A DNA stretch of 64,000 nucleotides, from the NCBI GenBank assembly GCA_003971905.1, contig RSEE01000002.1:62001-126000 (forward strand). Reading direction: 5' to 3'. The notes beneath the pieces are model-generated. The model saw only the letters and a list, made by a program, of their open reading frames with translations. It was not told the DNA's origin and ran no database searches. This DNA is from Moniliella sp. 'wahieum' (Eukaryota). Within the stretch, counting starts at the first letter, position 1; every line of letters begins with the position of its first letter. The position numbers and the translations under genes are program-made. Below, piece after piece: positions 12,226 to 22,871 of this stretch.

Positions 12226-14177
12226 TCAGCGCAAGTGCTTTTTGAAAAGTCACGGACAAAGTAAGCTGATCCGAGGTAGGTGCGGGGCAAGGTAGGTTGT
12301 TTATAGTCGACGGATTGGACGCCGAACCGAGGCTGCTTGCCTACCTCCCATTCGACGTTGCTGGTGGCGGACCAGAGCCAGGCGCCGACAATCTTGATCC
12401 CGTCGGTATGAATGGACTCAAGGATTTGGAGGAGGTAGCTGCGGTAGTACAGTTGTCGGCCCGTGTCCATGATCAGTTCCCAGTACGAGCTCTTTTGTGC
12501 TTCGTCCTTCTCCGCCCAGCCAAATTCGGTGATGATGATACCCTTGGGCGCGGGCCAGCGCTTGGCAATGTACTTCAAGTGCTCGCGGAACGCACCAGCC
12601 GTGTTGGCCAACCAGCTTGAACACGTCTCGTCCGGGTACGCCGTCGTGAGGGGCCACCCGTCCGACATGGTCATCGGGCCATTGGAACACCAGGGCCAGT
12701 TGGGGTGGGCAATGTTACCGTAGCATGCACTTGCCTCCTTGGCGGGCATCGACTGGGTGATGCCACTCGAGTAGTAGTCCGTGCTGTACACGTCGGCCGA
12801 GCCTTGCGACGCCGCCGCTTGTCGGCCGCAGTGAGCGGCGGAAGCCACTTGGCAGGCACCTCACGCTTCACCACGGGGGGGTAATCGTGCGTGTTGGAGT
12901 GGATGGGATCGCTGTACAGACCCAGACCAAAGTCCATCCCTCGCTCCACCGCTGCCTTGTCCGCATCGCTATTCGGGTCCCACGGCATGCTCAGCGCCCC
13001 GCTGTTTTTGTAGGAGAGCACTGCCTTCTTGGACACGGTCCATCGGTTTGGTACTTGCGGAACAGCTCGTTCATCCGTCCGTGGGCCTTGATCATGTACC
13101 CGGCGCATTTCCACTGCGTCGACTTGGGCGGGGACGCGTAGCCGTAGATGCCCTTCAAAGCGAGAAGGTACCGGTCCGTGCAGTGGACACTGGGCTCGTT
13201 GTGGGAAACCCAGTGCTAATGCCAGGGCAGCAGAGATGGACGGGTTACTCGTCAGCTTGATGATCTACTCACAGGTAGAAACGCAAGAGGGGGGGAAGAG
13301 AGGAGTGTGAAACATACCTGAACGCCCATGGGGCCCAAGGCCTTGAGCATCACATCCGCGTATTCGGCAAATGCGTCTACATAGGTGTGGTTCTGCTGGC
13401 CATTTTCGGAGATTTGAAGGTAGAGAGCAGGTCCCAGTGCTGCAGGGTAACTGCCGCCTGCATCCCGTTCTTGTGGATTTCGGTAACCAAGTCCTTGTAG
13501 AACTGTAGACCCTCTTGCGACACATACCCGCGTCCCAGCGGCATGACGCGGGACCAGGACACACTGAAAGAGTACAGCTTGGCGCCCATGGTGGCTACAC
13601 GCTTAATGTCGAGCGGGTACATGTAGCGGAAGTTGGTGGCCACGTCAAAGGTGTCGCCGTTGCGCATGTTGTTGGTGCGGTGGGCATACCAGTCCCAGAT
13701 CGAGGGTCCGCGGCCGTCGGCTTTGACTGCGCCCTCGACCTGCGCACTGGCCGATGCGTACCCCCACGAAAAGTGGGCGGGGAGGGTGACGTTGTCGCCG
13801 GCAAAGCCGAGCCCCAAGTCGTCCTGATAGGGACGGGGGTGATGGATTGGGGCATCATCTCGTAGTCGCTTGGCTAAAGTTACGGTACACATACTGGATC
13901 TTGGCATACTCGACCGGCTTGTACCGCTCGATCTCGGACCAGAGGAACTTGACTCGGCCCTGGACGGCAGCAGGGTTGTTGAAGTCGATGGGCTCGCCGC
14001 CGGGAGGGACGTGGCCGCCAGCCTTGACATTGGGGTTGCCAGAGGTGGCGGCGGAGGCGTGAGGGGAGGGGTGGGGCTTTTTTTGGAATGGTGAGCGGAT
14101 GCGGCAGCGGCAGGGGCAGGCGCAACCAGTGCGATGACCGCCAGGCCGGCCGCCCAGGCGGAGCACAGAAGACGCAT
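12226..14177 (-). CDS. Secreted glycoside hydrolase family 1 (beta-glycosidase), copy 1
   Basis: Signal peptide MRLLCSAWAAGLAVIALVAP; FSWGYASASAQVEGAVKADGRGPSIWD; YSFSVSWSRVMP; HWD; HNEP acid/base; IIITEFG nucleophile; EWEVGKQPRFG. Intron 13216-13317. Confidence 0.92.
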
Positions 14178-14239
14178 GGGGGGGACGGCGGGGAGGGGAG
14201 GGCGACAAGAAGGGCACGGCGGGTGTATTGGGCGAGGGG

Positions 14240-14254
14240 GTCTGTATATATAGC
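14240..14254 (-). promoter_or_regulatory. Putative TATA box of GH1 copy 1
   Basis: CTATATATAC ~70 nt upstream of the ATG; conserved in copy 2 at ~28087-28096. Confidence 0.5.
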
Positions 14255-14851
14255 AGCAGCACACCCGCCCTGGACGCGCTCGGGCAGGCATGGATGGGGC
14301 GGATCAGCGGTCGATCCGACGTGGCTGCCGCCAGGGCAGGCCAGCGCACACAACAGGTGACGAGTGACTGCCATGCGTGTCGGTGGCCTCTGGATGGAGA
14401 AGTGCGGGGCAGCGGCCGGCACAGCAGCGCACAGCAGGGCTGCCCAGCCACGGCTGCAGCCCGCACACTGCCCCCGTCCCTGCCCTTGGTGGTGCCAGTC
14501 TTCAGATCAACGCGTCCAGCACTGCGGCCAAGTACGAAGTACTAAGCTCGCATCCATCGTCACACATCCCGGCCGCCCAAGCAGCCCTGCTCCCTGCGCC
14601 CGGCCTCCGCGCTGAGCCACCTCGCGCGGGCAGCATGAGCACATGTGGACTGCCCGACGCAAGGAAGTTTAAGCCGTTCAAGCAGGTTTGGTGCGTAACC
14701 GCCCCCAGTCCCCAGTACGCAGTACGCCAGTACTCGCCCCTTGACACGATCAAGGATCGTCAATCATTAATCACCAACCTCAGATCTGTACGGTCCCCGA
14801 CGGCAGCTCGGCTCGGTCCTGCAAGGGCGTGCTCTGGTGGTGGGGGGGAGT

Positions 14852-14945
14852 AACTAGCAACTAGCAAACTAGCAACAACTAGCAACTAGCAACTAGCAAC
14901 TAGCAACTAGCAACTAGCAACTAGCAACTAGCAACTAATAGCAAC
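14852..14945. repeat. (AACTAGC)n heptamer tandem repeat
   Basis: About 13 units; degenerate inverted counterpart at ~27410-27456. Confidence 0.9.
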
Positions 14946-16309
14946 CCGTATGAAAACGAAAGAATCGGGCTGAGGGCAATGCCCCTGCAGGGCAATCGAT
15001 GGGTGTGAACGAGTAGGTTATCCCCGGGGATAGCTTAAACCGCGGTTGTCTGTTAACGCGTTAACACTTGAGACTGAGAAGTAGCTTGTACGCTACCAAA
15101 AGCCAAGGACGATTGCACTGTGCAGGGCGGAAACAGTCAGAGTATCGCTTCTTGTATGCTCCGGATGCTAGTCCGACGTGGCAGCAGGCAGAAGAGGAAG
15201 GAGGAGAACGAGGCGCGACGGTACCTATAATCCGGAGCATGCGAGTCGCGCAACACCGTAGCCACTGTTCGGCTTGCCAGCGACATGGCCCTTGTCGATC
15301 AAGCCACGCCAAGTGGTGTCACAATGACATGCCACAGGTCACCTGTCACCTGTCACATGTCACATGCCACCCTACCCCAACAGTATCCAGTATCGCACTC
15401 AGCACCTGGCCTTTGGCCCGATAGGGTTGGTGCGGCGGCAGCCGGCACGAGCTGCGCGAGTCCGAGCAGAGGCGGCGATTCTGAGACGGTGGCGATGCAT
15501 GGATCATCGATCATCAGCAACATCATCGCTCCAGCATCATCGACCATGTTTGGTAAGGACGTGGAGCGGACTGGGTGTGCCGGTTACATGGAAGTCTTTT
15601 TACGTATCCAAAGACAGGACGATCAGGAGCTCGGATCCTTTGCGCTTCTGCCCCCTCGACCCCCTCACGGTCGTGGGTGGAACCTTCTTGGTCGCAGCCA
15701 AAGTTCAGCCCACGTTATGTACCCTCGGGTGGACCACAGAGGCAGGAGAAAAAGGGAAGGATCGGCATCTGGTGTGATGCATGTGATCGCGCCTTCAGCA
15801 AGGGGCAGGGTCCCTGAAGTGCCTGAAGCGTGTGGAAGCGCGCCAGGGTTTGCCAGGGGTCCCGGTCCTGACCAATTCAAGTCAAGGATCTGGAGAAGGG
15901 TTGCAAAGGAACGTGGCACGGAGCGGCATGGAGGCAGTCTAGCCTCCGTCTGGATTCCCGTCTATAGTCAAATTACGGAAAGCAGAGCGTTGAACGTGTT
16001 GAACGCGCTGAACTCCAATGTGGAAAGGTGGCATGTGACATGTGACATGTGACATGGGACATGGGACATGTGATCGGGATCACCTGGTGGGGCAAGCTAA
16101 GCGGCTAAGCGCTAAGCTTAGCGCTATATAATAGCCGGAACTGGTAAGAAGCCGGTAGGTAAATCTGAAGGGGCCAGGAATACAGTAAGTATTTCCTGAT
16201 CAATATAGGCCTCTTCAAGCTTCATGAAAGAAGGATTGCTGGTATAGAGGTGGACAGAGGATCAGAAAACTGGTAGCAATTTAATCAGGGCAAGGTGATA
16301 CAATGGTGT

Positions 16310-16862
16310 AACAGGCTGAACGTACCTGAACACGTGTCCCCTCAACGCATTCACACCGTAGTTATGATATCTCTTTTCCGCCAGGGCACGTTGGTGCCGT
16401 TCGGGGCGGGGGAGATGAAGAAGGTGGCAGGGCGTGTGGCCTACCCGTTGCGAAGAGACCGGCGGGAAGAGAGGTGCTGACCGGCACTTGCTACTTGTGC
16501 CCTATGGTCCCGGAGTCAATCGTCGTGCGGAGGCTGTGAGAGAGCGGGAGGCATGGCAAGCGGCGCGCCCACCGCGGGGCCAGCAGGAATACGAGCGCAG
16601 TCAAGCGGATGGGTCAGGTTCGGACCCTGATCCTGATTGGGTGTGGGTCTGACTTTGGACTTGGTCCCCAGTCTGAGCCACATGCCATTTGGCACGCAAG
16701 CCATCAGCGGCCGCACTGAAGACCGTCGATGGGAGCGGTCCCTTGAGCATCGCGATGAAGCACCTCGTTGGGGTCGTGGAGCAGATCGGAGTGAAATCGG
16801 TCCAGCTTGGCGTGAATTTCGTGCAACTGATCGGCACGGAACGAGTCGTGGCCTTGTGGACG
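16310..16862 (-). pseudogene. Diverged partial duplicate of the Cep57-like gene (copy of ~9850-10378)
   Basis: SRPQGHDSFRADQLHEIHAKLDRFHSDLLHDPNEVLHRDAQ versus SRPQGHDSFRADQLHEIQAKLDQLHSDVLHDPSEVLHRDAQ; same orientation; truncated at both ends. Confidence 0.8.
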
Positions 16863-17943
16863 GGATGTAAGGGGTCGTGCGGACATGTGATGTATAGCTA
16901 GCTAAGCGAAAGTGGGATGACGCGATGAGGGAGAAGGATTTCATCTAGTGCACCACACGACGTTGACAAAAATCCCGACTATCAGACAGGTGAGATCTGA
17001 GAGTGCATGGGCTGTTGGTTACAAGGAGGTATCCAAGTTCGGCGTCGTCTTGTTTTATCAGTCAAACCCCCGATGTGCGGGGGACAATTGATAAACGCTG
17101 TTGGTGTTGAGCCTCTTGGGCCTGGCCGTGACCGACGCTCGCGCCCTCATCACCGCCACTATTCAGGCCCTCCTCCCCTACCTCTACTTCCCGCCCACCC
17201 CACCCTGCTGCCCGCCGCTCCGCCATCCCCCCCTGCCCCACCACGGAGGCAAGCCCCGCGGACGCCGCCTTCTCCGGCAGCAGTACCACCTCATTCCTCC
17301 CGGACGTCATTGCCCCCAAACTGCCGCGCCGCCAATGCTGTTCCCCTTCCCGGTCCAAGCACGCCGCCGCTGTTGGCCTCGCCCCACGTCCTCCCTCCTT
17401 ACGGTCCGCCTCTTACTGCCCCTCTCAAAGGGCATGTCCCGCGGACGCTGCCAGCTCCGGCAGCCTCTCTTCCCCCCCATTTTCCCCCCAAATCGCGCCT
17501 CGGGATCTCGTTTCCCCTACCGCTGCCCCTATGGAGTCGGGGGTAAGCCATGCCGTTCATCTCGGCCACCGGGCGCGTTCCCCAAGTAAGCCACTGACGC
17601 CTTCGGTAGGCACCTCGGTGCCACTCCTCCCCCCTATTACCAAGGCGCAAAATTGCTTCGCCCCTTTGCCCCGCCAGCCCGCTGACCCGCTCGGTCGCTC
17701 CCCTGCTGTTCGGGATGTCATTGTTGCACGCGTCAAGTTATGGCATGAACGTGCCATGCATCTTCCCGTTCACAAGCTTCCGGGGCTCACCGCGGGGTCG
17801 TCCAGTGCAGCGAGGACAGAGCGTGGACGGGGCCCGTGTGACATCACAGTTGGTGTGTAGGCCCTGCTGGCTATATGGGAAGAAAAGAAAAAAAAAAAAG
17901 GCGAAGCGAGAGAACGCCAAACATGACTGTCTCTCGCAAAGGC

Positions 17944-18774
17944 TTACGGGGTCCTCATGTCTAGCACAGAACACGGATAAAGCGGAGTAGGAAAGGTTAG
18001 GAACGATCTACTGACTCCGTGATGGTGCGGGTGAGGGGGCGACAGGGGAGGGACGTACAGGAATCCATATAATCCTTGTAGGACATGTATCCGTACCCTG
18101 TGCACTGTGGGTCAAACCGCTGAAAGCTTTCGGTCAAACTTTTGACCACGACGCATACGCGAATGAAGCGATCAAAGGTGAGGTCGGTTTGGGACTCGAT
18201 GCTAGCGTACTTAATCATGATCATGTGCAAGGTGGTCGGGTCAAGGTTGAAGCCAAAGTTGCGCAGTGCGATTCCCAGATCCATCTCATTGATCCGCCCG
18301 GACCCCGTGCGGTCGGCAATCCGAAACGCATCGGACCATTGGAGGATGTAGGTATAGAGGGCGGAGAACTCGTCGAGCGTGATGAGCCCCGTACGACGCA
18401 CGTCAAATTGGCGCAACAGCATCACAATCGTGTCGCGATCAAAGTGGGACCAATCGCCATTGATCAGCGCACGCTGCAGATCGTTCACGCCAATGGCGCC
18501 CTGATGCTGCTGGTCGACTGCGACAAAGTATTTCCTGGGAATAGAGGGGAAAGAAGGGGAGGGGGGAGAGGTCGATGGTCAGTACACAGCGAGCTCCTCG
18601 GTCTTAATCTGGAGATGCCACCCATCATTGCACTTGGGGTAAGAGGGACAGCCAGAGAGAAGATACGCACCAGGCAGTGGGGTTGACTCCTGCGGGGGGG
18701 GATGAGGGGAGGGGGATAGAAGAGCGGGGGGGGTAGCCCCCTGGGACGGTGTAGGACTGGGCAGAATAGTTCAT
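17944..18774 (-). CDS. PEF1: Penta-EF-hand calcium-binding protein (peflin/ALG-2 family)
   Basis: Pro/Gly/Tyr-rich N-terminus; LQRALINGDWSHFD..MLLRQFDVRRTGLITLDEFSALY..WSDAFRIADRTGSGRI..LRNFGF..FDRFIRVCVVVKSLTESFQRFD. Last intron ~17961-18057 gives ..DSYMRTP*. Confidence 0.88.
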
Positions 18775-19743
18775 TGGCGGTGGGGGCGGATGGGATCGGG
18801 GGGGCGGGAATGGGAGTGGGAGTCGGACGGGAAAATGCCAGGGGGCGATGGAGGGGAGGAGAGACGTGGTGCAGCAACAACCAACAGGGGGCACGGCAAA
18901 AAAGGGCAGTGCGGAAAGCAAACGAACAAGTGCGGATGGAGCTGCGCAGCTGACGTTTGACCCAGTCGCACCGCGAGTGTCAGTGTCTGCGCACGGGTGG
19001 GCAAGGCTGGAGGACGAGGTGCTAGGAAACGTGGGTCGTTGCTGCGTCCCAGGTCACATGGACGTTAGATCCGGTTGCATTGCTGAGGGGCCGCCCACCG
19101 GCCAGCGCGAGGCCATCGGGGCCGCCCAGCTGGTTTAATGAGTGGGCGGGCGCTTGTGGAGCAGGGTGGGCATGCCACATGTCGCCAGGGCAGATTTGAA
19201 TGCGCCAAAGTCCGACGCAGTGCGTCAGCGCGTCAGCAACTCAGCCGGAGCCGCCACCGCGCTGAGGCTCAGCCCTGCCCAGCCTACTGTCCGCATAATG
19301 TCAGATGTCAGCCGCTGAGGTCAGGCTAACAGCGAGGCTCACCAGGCGCGCCCGCGCCGGGCATCAATGCGCTGCGATGCTTCAGCCCTCGGCTTCGGCT
19401 TGCGGCATCCTGCCTGCCGTCGCTTCCACCGCTCCCGGCCGAGATGGCATGGTTCTAGTGCTCTTGGCAAGCGCCGTCATCGACCGACGAGCACACCCCG
19501 TGGTGTCCCAGTGCTCCCGAAACCCCCCTGAAGCTTCCCAAATTGTGCAAGAAAGGGGTAGAATGCAAACATTGAAGATGCGCTGCGTAGTGCTGCCCCC
19601 CCCCCCCCCCCGCTGATACGATGCTCTCTCTCGGGTTTTGGAGACCGACACTATGTAGCAATGCGCAGGACGCATCGGTAGAGTGTGCATTGTCGAGTAG
19701 ATAGCAGAAGGGACATGCCATGTGCTATGTCCCCATTGGCCGC

Positions 19744-22700
19744 TTACAGCTTTGCTCGGCCATCTTGGCCTGGAGCACCTTGGCAACGTGGTCGAGGAAG
19801 CCTTCGGTGGTCACATAGTCCTCCCGCACCATTGTCCTTGCCCTTCATGATGTACGCCAAGTCCTTTGTCACCACATGTAGGCCAGTCGTGTGGCCATGC
19901 ACAACTCCAGGCCATTCGTCCCGGTTGCCACTCAAGTCCTCCCTCTCTACATCCACTGGCAGGAGCTCATCCCAACCGAGTCTCCGGTTCCCTGGCCAGC
20001 GGGGGTGTTGACTGTGATCCTCTGGCTCCCAGTCGGTAGACCAGGTTCGCCTCGGTTCCATCGGCTTCCACGCTGACGTCCCTGCGTGTCACTGTCCCTG
20101 TGCCCTGCACTCTCCTGTGTGACTACTTCCCTGTGCCTAGTCCAGCCTCCTATATAGATGCCTCTGTACCCAGACCCAACTCTGGCTCCAATCCATCACC
20201 TTCTCCTCATCCTTCTGCCCGTCCGGCTCCCTAGGCCAACAGAGCTACAATCTGATCCCCCGGAAGGGGAGCGCTCTTCAAGCAAGCCCACCCCCAAGCC
20301 TACAAGCCCAAGCTAAGCCGCCAAGCCCACAAGACACACCCGTCCTCCCGCCCAACACACCACCGCCACAATCGGCACCTTACCGCCACAATCGGCATAC
20401 TACCGACCGCCAATCGGCATACTACCGCCACAATCGGCACACTCGTCCCCCACAGATGGGGCAATGATTTTTAGGGACAACACACGACGGAACAAAACGT
20501 GTCGGGTATCGTCAACGAGACGAAATTCCTCCAACGACAAAACGGCGCAGGCGAATCGCAGAAAGCGGGGGTGGCTGCTCATCAAGTGCCCCACCCACGG
20601 CTACACGCCCCGGATTGCCAATTCATCCGGGGCACCTGGGGAAAGGATGGGGGGGGTGGTCACCCAACTTCTTCCACTCCTTCTTTTTCAACAACAAAGA
20701 GAACCCAAACAGATCAAGACGGTTGACGCATAGCGCCCGTTCATTTCCCATGCCCAATGGACCCACTGGCACCAGGCATGCGGAACCAAACAACTACCAA
20801 CGCATCCAATTTTGATGCCAAACGACCTTGGACCGCATTTACTCCAAGTTTCCAATTTCTTTCACTACACCTATAACTGGTGCTTTTTACTTTTGCCCAC
20901 CAAATCGCTTCGGGGCGCAACCCCTACTACTTTTACTTCTAAGACTTCTACAAGCATCTGGCGGTCGCACAATACACCAACCACAAGCGCTCGGCTCGTT
21001 CAGGTGTCATCCTGGACAGCGGGGGTGTAGGCCAGTCGTGTGGCCATGCACAACTCCAGGCCATTCGTCCCGGTTGCCACTCAAGTCCTCCCCTCTCTAC
21101 ATCCACTGGCAGGAGCTCATCCCACAACCGATGTCTCCGGGTTCCCTGGCCAGCGGGGGTGTTGACTGTGATCCTCTGGCTCCCAGTCGGTAGACCAGGT
21201 TCGCCTCGGTTCCATCGGCTTCCACGCTGACGTCCCTGCGTGTCACTGTCCCTGTGCCCTGCACTCTCTCCTGTGTGACTCACTGTCCCTGTGCCTAGTC
21301 CAGCCTCCTATATAGATGCCTCTGTACCCAGACCCAACTCTGGCTCCAATCCATCACCTTCTCCTCATCCTTCTGCCCGTCCGGCTCCCTAGGCCAACAC
21401 CACATTGTCCTTATCGATCGTGTGGATGCAGGCGTCCTCCAACAGCTGCGCAAACTGCACCAGCTTCTCGTTGCCATCCAGCTGGCCTCGGAACTTGAGC
21501 CCACGCGTCCACGCGTAGATCGAGGCGACCGAGTTGGTCGACGTCTCCTTGCCCTGCTGGTGCAGGCGGTAGTGCCTCGTGACCGTGCCGTGCGCCGCCT
21601 CCGACTCCATGGTGCGTCCATCGGGTGTGATCAGCTCCGAGGTCATCATGCCCAGCGAGCCAAATCCCTGGGCCACAATGTCCGACAACACGTCCCCATC
21701 GTAGTTCTTGCACGCCCAGACAAACCCGCCGTGGCCCTTGATGGCCTGGGCAACCATGTCGTCAATCAGGCGGTGCTCGTACCAGAGCCCAAGCTTTTCA
21801 AACTCGGCCTTGTACTCGGCCTGGTAAATCGCTTCAAACGTGTCCTTAAACTTGCCATCGTACGCTTTGAGAATGGTGTTCTTGGTGGCCAGGTACAGCG
21901 GCATCTTTTTGCTCAATGCCATCTTGAACGATGCATGGGCGAATCCCTCAATCGACTCGGTCGTGTTGTACATGCTCATTGCGACACCGCCCTGTTCAGG
22001 TACTGGTATACCGGCCACACCTTCTTGGTCCCATCCGCTGCTTCAAACGTCATCGTCAACTTGCCCGGCCATCAATGACGGTATTGACACAACGGTACTG
22101 GTCGCCAAACGCATGACGGCCAATGCAAATGGGCTGTGTCCATCCGGGGACCGGTTTGGGAATCTTGTCCAACACAATCGGTTCGCGGAAGACGGTACCC
22201 GCGAGAATGTTGCGAATGGTGCCGTTGGGAAGCCACATTTTCTTTAGCCCAAACTCCTTTACCCGTGCCTCGTCGGGGTGATGGTGGCACACTTGACGCC
22301 CACAGCATACTTTTGATGGCATTCGCTGCATCAATGGTGATCTGGTCGTCGGGCATCACGCGAGGTGATGCTCAAGTCATAGTACTTGAGATCAATATCG
22401 AGGTACGGCAGGATCAGTTCCTCCTTGATCTTCTCCAGATGATCCGCTGCAGAAAAGGAAATCGCCCAGTCAGCTCCACCGCTTTCTCACTCAAGCGCAT
22501 TCCAACATGACGAGGGGGAGGGGGCAAACGCACATACCGTCATCTCGTCGCCATCCAGCTCAACCACAGGCTGGTCAACCTTGATCTTGGATACTGTCAT
22601 ATATATAGCCCCGCATCGTCAGGTTAGTCCGGCTGCGTGATAGGAAGCAAGGGGACACGGAAACGTACCGGCCGACGTTGAAGCCAAGGCGAAGGAGCCT

Positions 22701-22871
22701 TGACGAAGGAGAGCGGGGGAGAGGGAGCGGGCCGGCGACGGCACGCAGAGCGCTCCCGGCCCGGAGCGGAGTTGCAGCAGCAGTGGCCAGGCGGGCTGAG
22801 GGGGCACGGAGGGCCATGTTGCACGAAAGGCCGGCACTTGCGCGGCACACCGATGGTGAGGGGCGTAGCAT
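19744..22871 (-). CDS. IDP1: NADP-dependent isocitrate dehydrogenase, interrupted near the 3' end by an LTR element
   Basis: [100 protein letters not shown]. Remaining C-terminus ([16 protein letters not shown]) lies at 19744-19876. Confidence 0.95.
19877..21399 (+). mobile_element. Non-autonomous LTR retrotransposon (TRIM-like), copy A, long LTRs
   Basis: Direct repeats 19877-20241 and 21026-21399 (TGTAGGCC...GGCCAACA). TSD CCACA at 19872-19876 and 21400-21404. PPT-like CAGCGGGGG before 21026. TATATAG in the LTR. No gag/pol motifs recognised internally. Confidence 0.93.
20362..20443 (+). repeat. 4 x ~20-bp tandem repeat (ACCGCCACAATCGGCAtact) in element leader
   Basis: Seen directly; also present inverted at ~31254-31337 in copy B. 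Confidence 0.85.

Larger units (their letters stand above)
11872..16190 (-). repeat. Left arm of inverted segmental duplication (partner ~26015-31813)
   Basis: GH1 gene, promoter and 3' flank align to the reverse complement of the partner; alignment is patchy beyond 14950. Confidence 0.8.

Noticed and set aside
14852..14945. (AACTAGC)n as a telomeric repeat
   Set aside because: Internal, short, not G-rich, and degenerate in the paralogous arm.
20362..20443. ~20-bp repeats as a CRISPR array
   Set aside because: Contiguous tandem units without unique spacers, inside a eukaryotic LTR element, with no cas genes.
20464..21030. ORFs inside the LTR element as gag/pol
   Set aside because: Short, with frames inconsistent between copies, and no zinc knuckle, protease, RT, RNase H or integrase motifs recognised.
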